Shown here: piece by piece, positions 49,769 to 59,966 of the stretch
Position numbering within the stretch: the first letter of the stretch is position 1
Layout: the number at the start of each line of letters is the position of its first letter
Source of the DNA: Candidatus Latescibacterota bacterium
GTDB taxonomy: Bacteria; Latescibacterota; UBA2968; UBA8231
NCBI GenBank assembly: GCA_965200315.1
Contig: OZ241362.1
Coordinates: 3,392,001 to 3,456,000, forward strand
Direction: 5' to 3'
Length of the DNA: 64,000 nucleotides
The notes under the pieces: model-generated
Told to the model about the DNA's origin: nothing
Seen by the model: the letters and a program-made list of their open reading frames with translations, nothing else
Database searches by the model: none
Made by a program: the position numbers and the translations under genes

Positions 49769-50479
49769 GTGCTATTCTACGACAACCTCGAAGAATTCAT
49801 CGCCCAACAAAGCGCCCAACTGCAAAGCCTGAAACGAGCCAATATCCCCGAAGTCGGCGTCGTCCTCGAGGTCTTGGGACCCAACCGCGACCAAGACCGC
49901 AAAAGCAACCCGGGCGGCCACTCAGTCACCCAATCGGTAGAGCGCTTGGCCGTCGACTGCCAAGGCATTGAAGGCGACCGCCATCGCAGCCTCACCCGGG
50001 CCGCCACCGGCCGCGAAGCTCCGCTCTACAAAAGGAGCCGCGCCACCATCGTCAATCGGCGTCAGCTATTCGCCGTCTCACCACATGAGTGCGCCCTCCT
50101 CAGCCAGCGCCTAGGCGTCGAAGTCACGCCGCAATTGCTCGGTGCCAATATCGTCATTGGCCGCGAAGACGGCGCCCCTTTCTGCCTTTCGAGCACCCCG
50201 GTCAATACCTATTTCGTCCTAGCTCCGGCCACCGCAACTCAACCACCGACGCCGCCCTTGGCTACACTGATCCACTACGTCCAGCAAAAGGGTTGCAGCC
50301 TCACTGGCAAAGCTCTGGCCAAAGCCTATGGCGATCCCTCGCTGACTAAGCAGTTCGTCGCCCACGCCGAGCACCATCGTGGTATTCTCTGCAGCGTCGA
50401 ATATCCGGTCAAAAGGCCGATCTTTCTCGAACGCGGTCAAAAGGTCTTTTTCCGCTTTCCCATGGGCTGCTGTTATTGA
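49769..50479 (+). CDS. MOSC-like domain protein
   Basis: GIEGDRH, RQLFAVS, LLGANIVI, RGILC. Confidence 0.65.
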   Translation: MLFYDNLEEFIAQQSAQLQSLKRANIPEVGVVLEVLGPNRDQDRKSNPGGHSVTQSVERLAVDCQGIEGDRHRSLTRAATGREAPLYKRSRATIVNRRQLFAVSPHECALLSQRLGVEVTPQLLGANIVIGREDGAPFCLSSTPVNTYFVLAPATATQPPTPPLATLIHYVQQKGCSLTGKALAKAYGDPSLTKQFVAHAEHHRGILCSVEYPVKRPIFLERGQKVFFRFPMGCCY

Positions 50480-50561
50480 CCCGAGCCAGTCTCGCGTTCG
50501 ACCCGGGCGATAAAATCGCGGCACGCCCGAGCCACGGCCCGGGGGCATTCAAGCTGCAAAT

Positions 50562-50630
50562 AAAGCCCCTAGGATCAAGGGCGTCTCGCCCTCCGCGCAA
50601 AGCCCCTAGGATCGAGGGCGTCTCGCCCTC
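50562..50630. repeat. tandem pair of REP-like palindromic units (37 bp period)
   Basis: AAAGCCCCTAGGATC(A/G)AGGGCGTCTCGCCCTC twice; same core as the palindrome inside the 19583 MITE. Confidence 0.75.
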
Positions 50631-50845
50631 GAAAAACAAACGCCGGTGGCTAAGACCACTCAACAGCCACGCCAGCCAACCCGACGGGCATTGTAAGACG
50701 GCTTCTAAAGGCGCGGAATGCCTGCGTAACATCAGTTTATGTTCTGCAACCAAATGTGAGTCGTGCTTGATTGCAGCGGTGGATTGGGGTATCTTGAGCA
50801 CCGATTTGTCGGCTGATCTCCTCAACCTCCACTCTGGGGGCCGCG

Positions 50846-51979
50846 ATGAGTTCTTCCCGCTTTAATTCTCCCGCTTCCGGTTTCGATCTCGCCGAATTAG
50901 TCCGTCGCCTGCGCTGCGGCCTTCTCCTGTCCTTGACGCTAGCCGTCGGCCTCATGTTAGTGTTCGTTGCTCTCAACCCCTTCCAACAAGTCGAGACCAA
51001 AGCCCCTCGGCCGCTCAGCACCAAATTCATCAAGCGCGAACCCCGCCTGACCAAGCCCCTAGAACTGCGCAAGATCCCCAAGCCCAAGCGCCAACTAGCT
51101 CGCCGCCAAGTCCACTTGGCCGCCGCCCGCCTAGATCAAGTACAGGCCACGACCAACTTCAATGTCCGCTCGTTGATTTCCAGCCATGTCGGCAACTCGG
51201 GCATTAGCTTGTTCAAGCCAATTACCGATAACGCGGCCAACAGCTTTGCACTCGAGCCCAAGCTCGTCTCCACCTCGGTGACCAGTACGCGGATGCCGGA
51301 GCACAAAATCGACATGGCCTTGGAGATGCTCGATGTCAACAGCATGGATACCGGCCGCTACCGGGCCATGGTCATCCAGAACCCCGGCGATCCCCAAGCG
51401 ATCAAGGGCTTCATCAAAATAGCCCATGTAATTTCGGCTCGCGGCGTTACCGATCAAATACAGGGCTACAGCAATTTGAATCTGCGCTCAATCGAGGCCT
51501 TGTGCGACGTCATCAATGAATACACCGGGCTCGAAGCCAAGTTTATCGGCACGATCACCTACGACGATAGACGCCTACTTGAACTGCCCATTCTCATCCC
51601 CCAAGGGTCCCTCAACGAGGGCGAAATGGAAAACTATGCCCGCTATATGCTGTCCGGGGGCTTCATCATGGGAGGCTACCATCCCGAAGCCTTGGTAAAG
51701 TACGGAGGCCTAGTAAAAGGGTATGATTTCTGGTCCGAACGCCTACTCCCAGATCATCCCATTTTCAATGCCTTTTTCTCTCTGAAAGGTGGCACTGGAG
51801 GCCATGTTGACTGGCGAGACATCGTCAACGGGTACTTCATCCGCGGCCGGATGGTCGGTATTGGCAACGTAGGCTGGGGCAGTAACCCGCGCTACAATCA
51901 GATGGCGGTCAACGTGGTCGTCTATGCCCTGACCCAAGAAGGCTCCATCACCCAACGCCTCATGCAGGGGGTCAACTGA
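50846..51979 (+). CDS. membrane-anchored DUF4159-like protein
   Basis: Single TM helix, REPRLTKPLELRK, YMLSGGFI, LLPDHPIFNAFF, MAVNVVVYALT. Confidence 0.7.
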   Translation: MSSSRFNSPASGFDLAELVRRLRCGLLLSLTLAVGLMLVFVALNPFQQVETKAPRPLSTKFIKREPRLTKPLELRKIPKPKRQLARRQVHLAAARLDQVQATTNFNVRSLISSHVGNSGISLFKPITDNAANSFALEPKLVSTSVTSTRMPEHKIDMALEMLDVNSMDTGRYRAMVIQNPGDPQAIKGFIKIAHVISARGVTDQIQGYSNLNLRSIEALCDVINEYTGLEAKFIGTITYDDRRLLELPILIPQGSLNEGEMENYARYMLSGGFIMGGYHPEALVKYGGLVKGYDFWSERLLPDHPIFNAFFSLKGGTGGHVDWRDIVNGYFIRGRMVGIGNVGWGSNPRYNQMAVNVVVYALTQEGSITQRLMQGVN

Positions 51980-52044
51980 GGCCGGCGGTCGTCGGCTTCA
52001 CAAGTAACATCCCGCCAGAAAAACATTTTCCCGAGAGATTTCCC

Positions 52045-52851
52045 ATGGCCATGACCAAAGAAGAACGCTTCCGCTTTGATCTCACCGGCTTTTTGGTGCG
52101 CCCCGCCATCCTGAAGCCCGCCGAAGTCGCCGCCATTGTCGATCAGATCGACCGCATCAAACACGACCCCGAATCGCTGCCGCCCGAACACCGCGACATG
52201 CCCGGCGGCCCGGCCAGTGTGCTAATCGACCATCCCCAAGTGGTCGATGTAATTCGGGAGGTAATTGGTCCTGATATAAGATTGGAAGGTTGTAGCTGTG
52301 TCTGGCGCAAAAAGGGCGAGAAGCACGGCGGGCTACACGGAGGCGGCCCCGGTCAAGCCGATCCCATTTTTGGCTACCGGGTGAAAAACGGGCGCATCCA
52401 CGCCGGTATGGTGCGGGTTATTTTTGAATTGACCGATATCGCGCTAGAAGATCAGAGCACTCATTTCTTAATCGGCAGTCACAAGTCGGAATTCCCCATC
52501 CACGAAGACCACCTGTCGCTGGAAGAGGGCAAGCGCAGTCCCTTCCTCACCACGTATGCATGCCCGGCCGGCAGCGCGGTCTTTTTTACCGAAAACTTGT
52601 GCCACGCCGGGCCGGTGTGGCGCCGCGACACCCCGCGCGTCACCGTACTAAACGCCTATTCGCATTTGGCCACCCACTGGCACCGGCTGAAGATCCCCCC
52701 AGTGGTGCTGCACAGCCTGCCGCGCGAAAAGCAGGCCTATTTCCGCCAGCCTTGGATTGCCGATTTCCGCACCAGTCCGGCGACCCACAACACCGCCGAG
52801 CGCTTCCTAGACAACGACGAAGCACCCGTCGACACGGATCACAAGCCCTAG
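52045..52851 (+). CDS. PhyH family protein with an HxG variant motif
   Basis: FDLTGFLV, LHGGG in place of HxD, IGSHK, ENLCHAG. Confidence 0.85.
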   Translation: MAMTKEERFRFDLTGFLVRPAILKPAEVAAIVDQIDRIKHDPESLPPEHRDMPGGPASVLIDHPQVVDVIREVIGPDIRLEGCSCVWRKKGEKHGGLHGGGPGQADPIFGYRVKNGRIHAGMVRVIFELTDIALEDQSTHFLIGSHKSEFPIHEDHLSLEEGKRSPFLTTYACPAGSAVFFTENLCHAGPVWRRDTPRVTVLNAYSHLATHWHRLKIPPVVLHSLPREKQAYFRQPWIADFRTSPATHNTAERFLDNDEAPVDTDHKP

Positions 52852-52906
52852 GCGTGTCCGAGCCGCTCAAAGCTGGCAGACGCAATCGAAGGTCAGGAAT
52901 TTCTAG

Positions 52907-54028
52907 CTAGAACCGCGCTGCTGAGAGCGGCCCGGGGTCGCGTCCGTCTAGAGCCAACTCCACCATGCGCTCGGCGGCCAGCAGGCCGATGGAGTTGCCG
53001 TAGCCGCTAAAACCGAGGGCAAAGACCGCGTCGGGCAGGTCCGGGAGCGCGCCGACAGCGGCCCGGCGATCCGGGGTGAAGCCGTGGATGCCGGCCCATT
53101 GGCGCTCGACTTCAAAGGAGATACCCGGGAACCAGTGGCGCACATAGGACTCGAGGTGCTGTATCAGGTTTGGGGTGACGGCGTCCTCGGCGGTGTACTC
53201 CTGCTCCTCAAAAAAAGCCCGGGCACCACCTATCATCAAACGCCCATCTTCAAGCTGGCGGAAGTAATCGTAATCAGTGATGCCGGCGACTTGAATCAGC
53301 GGTTCCACCGGGGTAGTGATGAGGATCTGGCCGCGCACCGGGCGCACGATGCGGCGCAAGTGCGGGTGCATATCGCAGCCGTACCCATTGGTCGCGATGT
53401 ACACCTTGCGGCAGCGGATATGGGCGCGACGTCCGCGCACGATCAAGCCCTGGCCCTCTGGTTCGATGCGATAGACCTCGTTGCGGTCGTAAAAGGTGGC
53501 CCCAGAGGCGGCGGCAATGGCCTCGGTGAGGCGCGCTGGCTGCACCATGAAATCGCCCTCCACCTGTAGAGATGCCGCGTACCCAGCACCATAGGGATCG
53601 CCCTCGGCAAACTCGACCTCAACGCCCTCGGCGGCTACGGCGCGGGCCCACTCTTCCAGCTCACGGGCGTCGGCTTGGGTTTCGGCGAGGTGGATGGCAC
53701 CCTCTTCCGAGGGCACTTCGTACTGCTTGGCCAAGGCGCGCATGCGGGCGACATTGTCGCGCACTATGTCGAGAATTTGGCGGGCGGCCGGACGACCCAC
53801 TTGGGCGATGAGGGTGGGGTACGTCTCGCGCTGCGAGGTCAGCACAAAGCCGGCGTTGCGGCCCGAGGCACCGGAGGCCACAAAACGGGCGTCGACTAGG
53901 GAGACGTCGCGGCCCCGCTGGTGCAGCAAGGTGGCCGCGTACGAGCCGACAATACCGGCACCAATCACCACATCGTCGTGTTCGGCCTGCAGCGGCTCGG
54001 ATACTTCTTGCCATTTGGATACGGTCAT
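52907..54028 (-). CDS. FAD-dependent oxidoreductase (DAO/DadA/PuuB-like)
   Basis: VIGAGIVG, GASGRNAG, PVRGQ, WAG, GFSGYG. Confidence 0.9.
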   Translation of the reverse strand: MTVSKWQEVSEPLQAEHDDVVIGAGIVGSYAATLLHQRGRDVSLVDARFVASGASGRNAGFVLTSQRETYPTLIAQVGRPAARQILDIVRDNVARMRALAKQYEVPSEEGAIHLAETQADARELEEWARAVAAEGVEVEFAEGDPYGAGYAASLQVEGDFMVQPARLTEAIAAASGATFYDRNEVYRIEPEGQGLIVRGRRAHIRCRKVYIATNGYGCDMHPHLRRIVRPVRGQILITTPVEPLIQVAGITDYDYFRQLEDGRLMIGGARAFFEEQEYTAEDAVTPNLIQHLESYVRHWFPGISFEVERQWAGIHGFTPDRRAAVGALPDLPDAVFALGFSGYGNSIGLLAAERMVELALDGRDPGPLSAARF

Positions 54029-54115
54029 AGGGCCTCCAAGGTAAGGTGTTGTTGGCTACTCCTGAATCGCCATCCCCATCCTAATCAGTTGCGCGGATCC
54101 ACCGATGGGTTGCTC

Positions 54116-55093
54116 TCACCCCTCCCGCTTCTCCATATCGCCCCCGCTCGCCACCATGCGCTCGGGAGCACCATTCGCGTCAATCGCCGACGCCGCGCAC
54201 GGCGTACCGAACTCGGGGCGGGCAAAGGGCAGATGGGTCCGCCCGCGCGCCAGAATGTGCTTGTAATTGGCCGCCGGCCCCTCATAGGGCATCCCGTGGT
54301 TCCACGGCACCCAAGAGCGGGCATTGCAATAGTGGCTGACAAATGCCCGACGCCAGCGATCGGGAGACCGATTGGGATGAGAGCGGTGCAGAAGGTGCGG
54401 ATGGAAGAACACCACATCGCCGGCCTCCACCACCACTGGCTCTGCTTCTCCATAGCGCCGCGCCACCCCAGACAGCGTATTGACCTCGTCGTCGAGATGG
54501 CTAATGCCCTCTACAGTCTCAATCTCGTCAAAGGCTCCCTCGGCGTGGACTAGGTGCCCTCGGCCTTCATCGGGATAAATGGGCTCGTGGTTCGATCCGG
54601 GCGCAACCCACAGACAGCCGTTCTCCGCGTCGGCCCGCTCCAAGGCCAACCAAGCGCCGATGAGGGTATCCGGGTACGTGGTGATATAATAGGAATCTTG
54701 GTGCCAACCCTGTCCACCCATGCCCGGCGCGTTGAAAAACTGCATGGTCTGCAAGGCCAGCACATCCGGCCCGATGAGCGCCTCCAAAACGTCCAAGATG
54801 CGCGGGTGCAGCAAAAAGCGCTCGCAGGTGGCGTCCCAGCGGTGCAGTTGATGCACCCGCGTGAAACGCTGCACTAGCTCTTCTTCCGTCGCCTCCGGGG
54901 ACGGAGGCTCCTGGCCGGGAACGTCGATTCGGCCCTTGAGCATGGCCATGACGTGCGCTTTGAGTTCTTCCACTTCGTCCAGATCGACCAAGTGCTCGAC
55001 GACTAGGAACCCCTGTTTCTGATACTGAGCGTATTCGGCCGTGGAGACTTTGTAGCGATCGGGCCGCTGGTCGGCCACTGGTTTGTAGCTCAT
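54116..55093 (-). CDS. PhyH family dioxygenase
   Basis: GWHQD, ENGCLWVAPGS, LLHRS. Confidence 0.9.
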   Translation of the reverse strand: MSYKPVADQRPDRYKVSTAEYAQYQKQGFLVVEHLVDLDEVEELKAHVMAMLKGRIDVPGQEPPSPEATEEELVQRFTRVHQLHRWDATCERFLLHPRILDVLEALIGPDVLALQTMQFFNAPGMGGQGWHQDSYYITTYPDTLIGAWLALERADAENGCLWVAPGSNHEPIYPDEGRGHLVHAEGAFDEIETVEGISHLDDEVNTLSGVARRYGEAEPVVVEAGDVVFFHPHLLHRSHPNRSPDRWRRAFVSHYCNARSWVPWNHGMPYEGPAANYKHILARGRTHLPFARPEFGTPCAASAIDANGAPERMVASGGDMEKREG

Positions 55094-55186
55094 TGCTTCC
55101 TCCGCGTTGACAATCCTCATAGTCAATACTGTAAATATGTCCACCTCAACCCGCAGGGGCGGTCGTCGTGCTCGGTATCTGCGCCA

Positions 55187-56227
55187 CTATGGCGCATACC
55201 CCAGCTTCTCCCGTACGGCCCTCACCCCAGCCACCATGTTCTCCAGCTTCTGCTTTGCCGCCCAGCGCGCCGTTTGGCTCAGCCCGCAATCGGGCGCAAA
55301 GGAGAGCTTGTCGGCCGGGGCATGTTCCAAGCACGCCTCGACCCGCGCCGCGATGTCCTCTGCGGTTTCAATATAGTAGCTCTTCACATCGACGATTCCC
55401 ACCGCCACGTCCATCTTCGCGGCGATCAGGCCGATGATCTCCAGTTCGGCGAACTCGCGGCTGGCCATCTCGACGTGCATCTCATCGACCTGCATGTCCA
55501 AGAACGCCGGAAACATGGGTGCGTAGCGGCGCAGCCCCACGGCGCGGCCCTTGTAGTTGCCAAAGCACAGGTGAGTCGAGAGCCGGCACTTGCCTACGAC
55601 GGATTCGACCGTGCGGTTGAAGATATCGACGAAACGCGCTGGATTCTCGCGGTGGGCATAGCAACTCATCGACGGCTCATCAACGGTCAGCTCCGTGCAG
55701 CCCGCCGCACAGAGCGCCTCTAACTCGCTCCGCACAATCGGCAGCAGCGCCTCGGTCACGGCCCAGCGATCTGGGTACTGGTCGTTGGGCACGAGCCGTC
55801 CGCTCAACGTGTAGGGACCCGGCACACTGGCCTTGAGCGTCGGCCCTGCTGGCGCCAACCGCTTGAGCCGCGCAAACTCCTCCACCGCACCCAAGCCGTG
55901 CGGTGCTTGCAGCGGTCCAGTGATCTCATGGCGACCACGCTGGTCGTGGGCGGGCGGGCCGAAGCGCCTGGGCGGTGCGGATTCTAGGTCAATGCCTTCG
56001 AGATAGCCGTAAAAGGAAAGGTTGAAATCAAAGCGGGCCTGCTCGCCGTCGGTGACGACGTCCAACCCGGCGCGCACTTGGTCGCCGAGCGCGGCAACGA
56101 CCGCGTCGTCCTGCATCTCGGCAATATCGTCCGGCCCGAAGGCGTCGAGATGCTCAGCCGCGTATTCGAGCCAACTCGGGAAGGGGTAGGAGCCGATAAC
56201 GGTGGTGCGCAAGGGACGCTCTTTCAC
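55187..56227 (-). CDS. cobalamin-independent methionine synthase II family (single-barrel MetE-like)
   Basis: TTVIGSYP, GLDVVTDGE, DEP, HLCFGN, PDCGL; GTG start overlaps the ROK stop. Confidence 0.88.
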   Translation of the reverse strand: MKERPLRTTVIGSYPFPSWLEYAAEHLDAFGPDDIAEMQDDAVVAALGDQVRAGLDVVTDGEQARFDFNLSFYGYLEGIDLESAPPRRFGPPAHDQRGRHEITGPLQAPHGLGAVEEFARLKRLAPAGPTLKASVPGPYTLSGRLVPNDQYPDRWAVTEALLPIVRSELEALCAAGCTELTVDEPSMSCYAHRENPARFVDIFNRTVESVVGKCRLSTHLCFGNYKGRAVGLRRYAPMFPAFLDMQVDEMHVEMASREFAELEIIGLIAAKMDVAVGIVDVKSYYIETAEDIAARVEACLEHAPADKLSFAPDCGLSQTARWAAKQKLENMVAGVRAVREKLGYAP

Positions 56228-57201
56228 GGCTGGCCTCCATCGACCTTTTCCCAAGCAATTGCCGCTGTTCCCAAGACGCCAGCATGGTCGCGCAGCTTGG
56301 ACAGCACAATCGGCACGCCTGCGCCCGCTGGATGCCGGAATAAGTGTTCGTTCACTTGCGTTTGTAGCGGTTCGAGAAAGTGCTCGGCCGCATTGGTCGC
56401 TCCGCCGCTGAGGATGATCCGCTGGGGAGCATACACGTGTACCGCACTCACCAGCAGCCAGCCTAAGTTGCGAGTCCAGTGCTCCAGCTCGTCGACGCAG
56501 AGCCGGTCTTGACGCTTCACGCCGCGGATTATGGCCTTGAAATCGATGGCGTTGGGGTCTTTGAAGTACTGGTCGCTCAAGACCGAGGGAATGCCGCGCG
56601 CCAGCCCGTCCCGCACCTGCTGTGTCAGGGCCGTGGCCGAGCACATCATCTCAGCTGTGCCCCGCGCATTGGTCAGGCACAGCCGCCCGCCGAGGGCCTG
56701 CATGACGATATGGCTCATCTGCGTTCCGAACTGCAAGTGCGGATCGCGCAAAATTTTGCCGTCGAGCAAGACCCCGGAGCCGACGCCGGTACCAAGGGTA
56801 ATAGTCACCGCCCAGTCCAAGTCCCGCGCTAGGCCGTAGTGTCGCTCGGCGTAGATGGAGATGCGGCCGTCGTTGTCGGCGACGACCGGAACTCCCGTGG
56901 CTTTAGCCAGCCGTTCGACAATGGGATAGCCTTCCAGCCCCTTGATCTTCCCCGGCATGTACACCACGCCGATTTCGGGGTCCACGGCCCCGGGAAAGCC
57001 CAAGCCAACAGCCTGCGGCTTGCCGCCTAGCTTCTCGGAAATCCGTGCGACTTCATCCTTGAGCGTCTTGAGCAAATTGCCCATGCCCAGCGCAAAACCC
57101 GACGGATTGATGCCCGGTGCCAGCATCCGCCCGCGCCGCGTCACCGCGCCGCTTTTGACCCGGGTGCCGCCCACGTCAAAGCCAATAACGTATTCCTTCA
57201 T
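56224..57201 (-). CDS. ROK family sugar kinase
   Basis: GFDVGGT, GFPG, DNDG, TLGTGVGSG, LSGG. Confidence 0.92.
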   Translation of the reverse strand: MKEYVIGFDVGGTRVKSGAVTRRGRMLAPGINPSGFALGMGNLLKTLKDEVARISEKLGGKPQAVGLGFPGAVDPEIGVVYMPGKIKGLEGYPIVERLAKATGVPVVADNDGRISIYAERHYGLARDLDWAVTITLGTGVGSGVLLDGKILRDPHLQFGTQMSHIVMQALGGRLCLTNARGTAEMMCSATALTQQVRDGLARGIPSVLSDQYFKDPNAIDFKAIIRGVKRQDRLCVDELEHWTRNLGWLLVSAVHVYAPQRIILSGGATNAAEHFLEPLQTQVNEHLFRHPAGAGVPIVLSKLRDHAGVLGTAAIAWEKVDGGQP

Positions 57202-57215
57202 GCGCCCTCCTTGCG

Positions 57216-57995
57216 TCAACTTACGCACCAACCTGCATCCACGGTCACCACCGTTCCGGTAATCGCCCGCGCTCGCTCCCCCAGCAAAAAAACCGCCATC
57301 CCCGCCACATCCGCCGCGCTCATCATCGCTCCGAGCGGCTGTTTGTCGCGCATAAACGCCATGATCTCTGCGTTTTCTCCAGCCCGCTTGCTCATAGGGG
57401 TCTCCACCAGCGCCGGCGCAATGGCATTGACCCGAATCCCGTGCGGCGCGTAGTAGCTGGCCATGGCCTTGCTCAGCGACACAATCGCCCCCTTGCTGGC
57501 CGCGTAGGCATGCGAGGCAAAAAACTTCCGCTCCGGCGCAAAGGCCAGCACACTGGCCATGTTGAGAATCGCCCCCCGCACTCCGTCTTCGCGCGGTTCT
57601 TGGGTCAACATCTGTTGCAGCACGGCGCGGCACACCAAAAACATGCTCTTGGCGTTGGCGTCCAGCGTTGCGTCCCACCCCTCCTCTGTACACTCGTGCA
57701 GCGGCCCATCGCCAAAGCGTCGGCCGCTGATCCCTGCCACGTTGAACAACCCGTCAATCCGCCCCCAGTGCTTCACACAGGTCCGCACGGTGTCGGCGAC
57801 CTGTTCCCGCTGCGTCAGATCGGCTGCTCGGTACGCCCCCTGCTTTCCCAGCTTCTCAGCCAAGGCCCGACAGTTTGCTTCCGTCCGCGAGATGACGAAT
57901 ACCTTGGCCCCTTCCTCGGCTGCGTGCAGGGCCGTGGCCTCGGCAATGCCGGTAGAGCCGGTAATTAGACAGACTTTGTTGTCGAGAGTGCCCAC
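57216..57995 (-). CDS. SDR family oxidoreductase
   Basis: ITGSTGIA, NVAG, YAASKG, IRVNAIAP; exact start uncertain. Confidence 0.9.
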   Translation of the reverse strand: MGTLDNKVCLITGSTGIAEATALHAAEEGAKVFVISRTEANCRALAEKLGKQGAYRAADLTQREQVADTVRTCVKHWGRIDGLFNVAGISGRRFGDGPLHECTEEGWDATLDANAKSMFLVCRAVLQQMLTQEPREDGVRGAILNMASVLAFAPERKFFASHAYAASKGAIVSLSKAMASYYAPHGIRVNAIAPALVETPMSKRAGENAEIMAFMRDKQPLGAMMSAADVAGMAVFLLGERARAITGTVVTVDAGWCVS

Positions 57996-58025
57996 AGTGT
58001 GGTTAGTGGATTGGAATCGGCTCCA

Positions 58026-58048
58026 TAGGGACCGCGGGACGTCCCTAC
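58026..58048. repeat. GTAG-type REP-like palindrome
   Basis: TAGGGAC-CGCGGGAC-GTCCCTAC. Confidence 0.5.
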
Positions 58049-58238
58049 AAGGGTTTGCGAGTTTTGAGCCTTCTTGCCGCTGTCTAAGAAGCCTTCTATC
58101 GCGTCGAGCAAGCGGTAGAGACCGTCGCCAGCGGGCGTCACCGTGACATCCAGCCGGTATCGTCTGCACACAAGGGACAGCCGCCAGAGCTTTCAGGCCG
58201 CTTGCTAAACAACGGGCGACCAACAAGGGCCGCTTCTA

Positions 58239-59009
58239 CTACTCGTACAAATGCTTGAGGCTCTTGCGGTAGCCCTCGTAAAACCTCTCTAGCTGCTCTT
58301 CTGCGCTTACATTGCCCACAAACTGATGGCTCGGCAATAGCTCCGGCTTGATCCCCCGCGCCAGCAACCGCTCGGCCACCTCGCAGCGCAGCATATTCAT
58401 CATCATCGCGCCGGTCACCGTCGATACCGGCCCAGTCCGCCACTCCAACCCCTCTAGCTCGAGTACGCAGTCCCCCGGCGGACACTGGTTGTCGAGGACG
58501 ACGTCGGCCACGTCCATCAGCTTCTGGCCCGACGAGTGCGCGGGTGGCGACTGGTCGCCGTGCGGCTTTGACAGCATGGCGACCACGGGCAAGCCCCGCG
58601 CCTTAGCGCCCATGGCCATTTCGACGATCAGGGGCCGGATGCCACTCGTCGAAATCAAGATAAAGGCGTCGTGCGGCCCGAACTCGAACCCTTGGAGAAT
58701 CTCCTCGGCGTAGCCTTCGTACTTCTCCAAAAAGAGCGGCCCGCGCAACCCGTTGGTGCCGACGATTGACGCATGATTCGATACCGCGAGCTCGACCAGC
58801 GCAAAAAAGCCCACGAAACATCCTTGGCGCGGCGTCATTTCCTCGCACATCATCCGCGAGTGCCCAGCACCAAAGAGAAAGACCAACCCGCCATTGGCAA
58901 TGCTCTCGGTGCAGATTGCGGCAGCTTGGTCTATAGCGTCCATTTGCGTATCGCGCAGACGTTGCAACAGCTTCGTCGTTTGCGCGTAGTACTCTTCAGC
59001 AGCGCTCAT
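58239..59009 (-). CDS. SIS (sugar isomerase) domain protein
   Basis: FGAGHS, ISTSG, DVVLDN...GD. Confidence 0.88.
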   Translation of the reverse strand: MSAAEEYYAQTTKLLQRLRDTQMDAIDQAAAICTESIANGGLVFLFGAGHSRMMCEEMTPRQGCFVGFFALVELAVSNHASIVGTNGLRGPLFLEKYEGYAEEILQGFEFGPHDAFILISTSGIRPLIVEMAMGAKARGLPVVAMLSKPHGDQSPPAHSSGQKLMDVADVVLDNQCPPGDCVLELEGLEWRTGPVSTVTGAMMMNMLRCEVAERLLARGIKPELLPSHQFVGNVSAEEQLERFYEGYRKSLKHLYE

Positions 59010-59027
59010 GCGCGTAGTTTCTCCTGT

Positions 59028-59966
59028 TCAAAGCGCCGCGGCCCTAAATGCGGCGATGGTTTCATCCGCGACGGTGGCCATGGCAGCCGCGACGTTCCGC
59101 TCTAGCTGCTCAATGTTCAGCGAGCCGATGGGGTTGCCGTGAATGCGTCCCTCGCGCAGGCAGAATTGCAACGTCAGATTTAGCATGTCGATGCCCTGCT
59201 CGTTGCACCACAAGCGCATGGCCTCGGCCCGGTGCTGGTCTGGGCCCCACTTGTCGCGTGGGATAAAGCGCTCTACGGGCACGCCCGTCAGCCAGCCGCG
59301 CATGATCGACCAGCCGTTGAGAACTCCGAGGTCGGCGGCCGCGGCCGCTGGCAGGATGGCATCGGTTGCGCTCTGCCGGAGCAAGTTGTAGTCGCTGAAG
59401 CACAGCATCGCGTCGGTGCGACCCGAAGCAATGTGCGCGAGGTGAAAGTCGTGGGGCCTCATGCCATAGCCGATGAAATCCACGGCACCTTGTTGGCGCA
59501 CCTGTTCCAGCCCTTCGAGTGCGCCGCCTACCTCAAGGGTCGGTTCGATCTCGGGCGGATCGTGGAGAAAGAGCGCGTCGAATTTCTCGATTCCCAGAAT
59601 TTCTAGCTGGTCTTCGGCATCGGCCAAGACCCGCGCAGCCGAGTAATCGGGCCGCCCTTCGCCGTAGCCGCCCCACGCCGCGGCACTGTGGCAGCAGACG
59701 CGGCCGCTGATGATGATCTCGCTGCGGGCGATGACGCCTTCCTTGATCGCACGACCCAGCTTGCGCAGCGAGTCGCCGTAGCAACGGGCGCAGTCGAAGT
59801 GGTTGACGCCCAAATCGACGGCTCGGCGCATCAGGGCCATGGCCTCTTCGTCGGCGACCGGCCCGAAGTGGCCGCCAAAGCCTTGCGTTCCGAATGGGAT
59901 TACTGGTATGGAAAGCTCGGTCTTGCCCCAGCGGCGGCGGGGACAGCAGTTTTTTTGTAGGCCCAT
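59028..59966 (-). CDS. aldo/keto reductase
   Basis: GKTELSIP, GVNHFDCARCYG, LFLHDP. Confidence 0.88.
   Translation of the reverse strand: MGLQKNCCPRRRWGKTELSIPVIPFGTQGFGGHFGPVADEEAMALMRRAVDLGVNHFDCARCYGDSLRKLGRAIKEGVIARSEIIISGRVCCHSAAAWGGYGEGRPDYSAARVLADAEDQLEILGIEKFDALFLHDPPEIEPTLEVGGALEGLEQVRQQGAVDFIGYGMRPHDFHLAHIASGRTDAMLCFSDYNLLRQSATDAILPAAAAADLGVLNGWSIMRGWLTGVPVERFIPRDKWGPDQHRAEAMRLWCNEQGIDMLNLTLQFCLREGRIHGNPIGSLNIEQLERNVAAAMATVADETIAAFRAAAL

Noticed and set aside
50562-50630. Possible mini-CRISPR
   Set aside because: Only two units with a 5 bp spacer and no cas genes; REP-like.
57965-58230. 68 aa ORF between the SIS and SDR genes
   Set aside because: Overlaps the SDR start and a REP; possibly a remnant, but unassignable.
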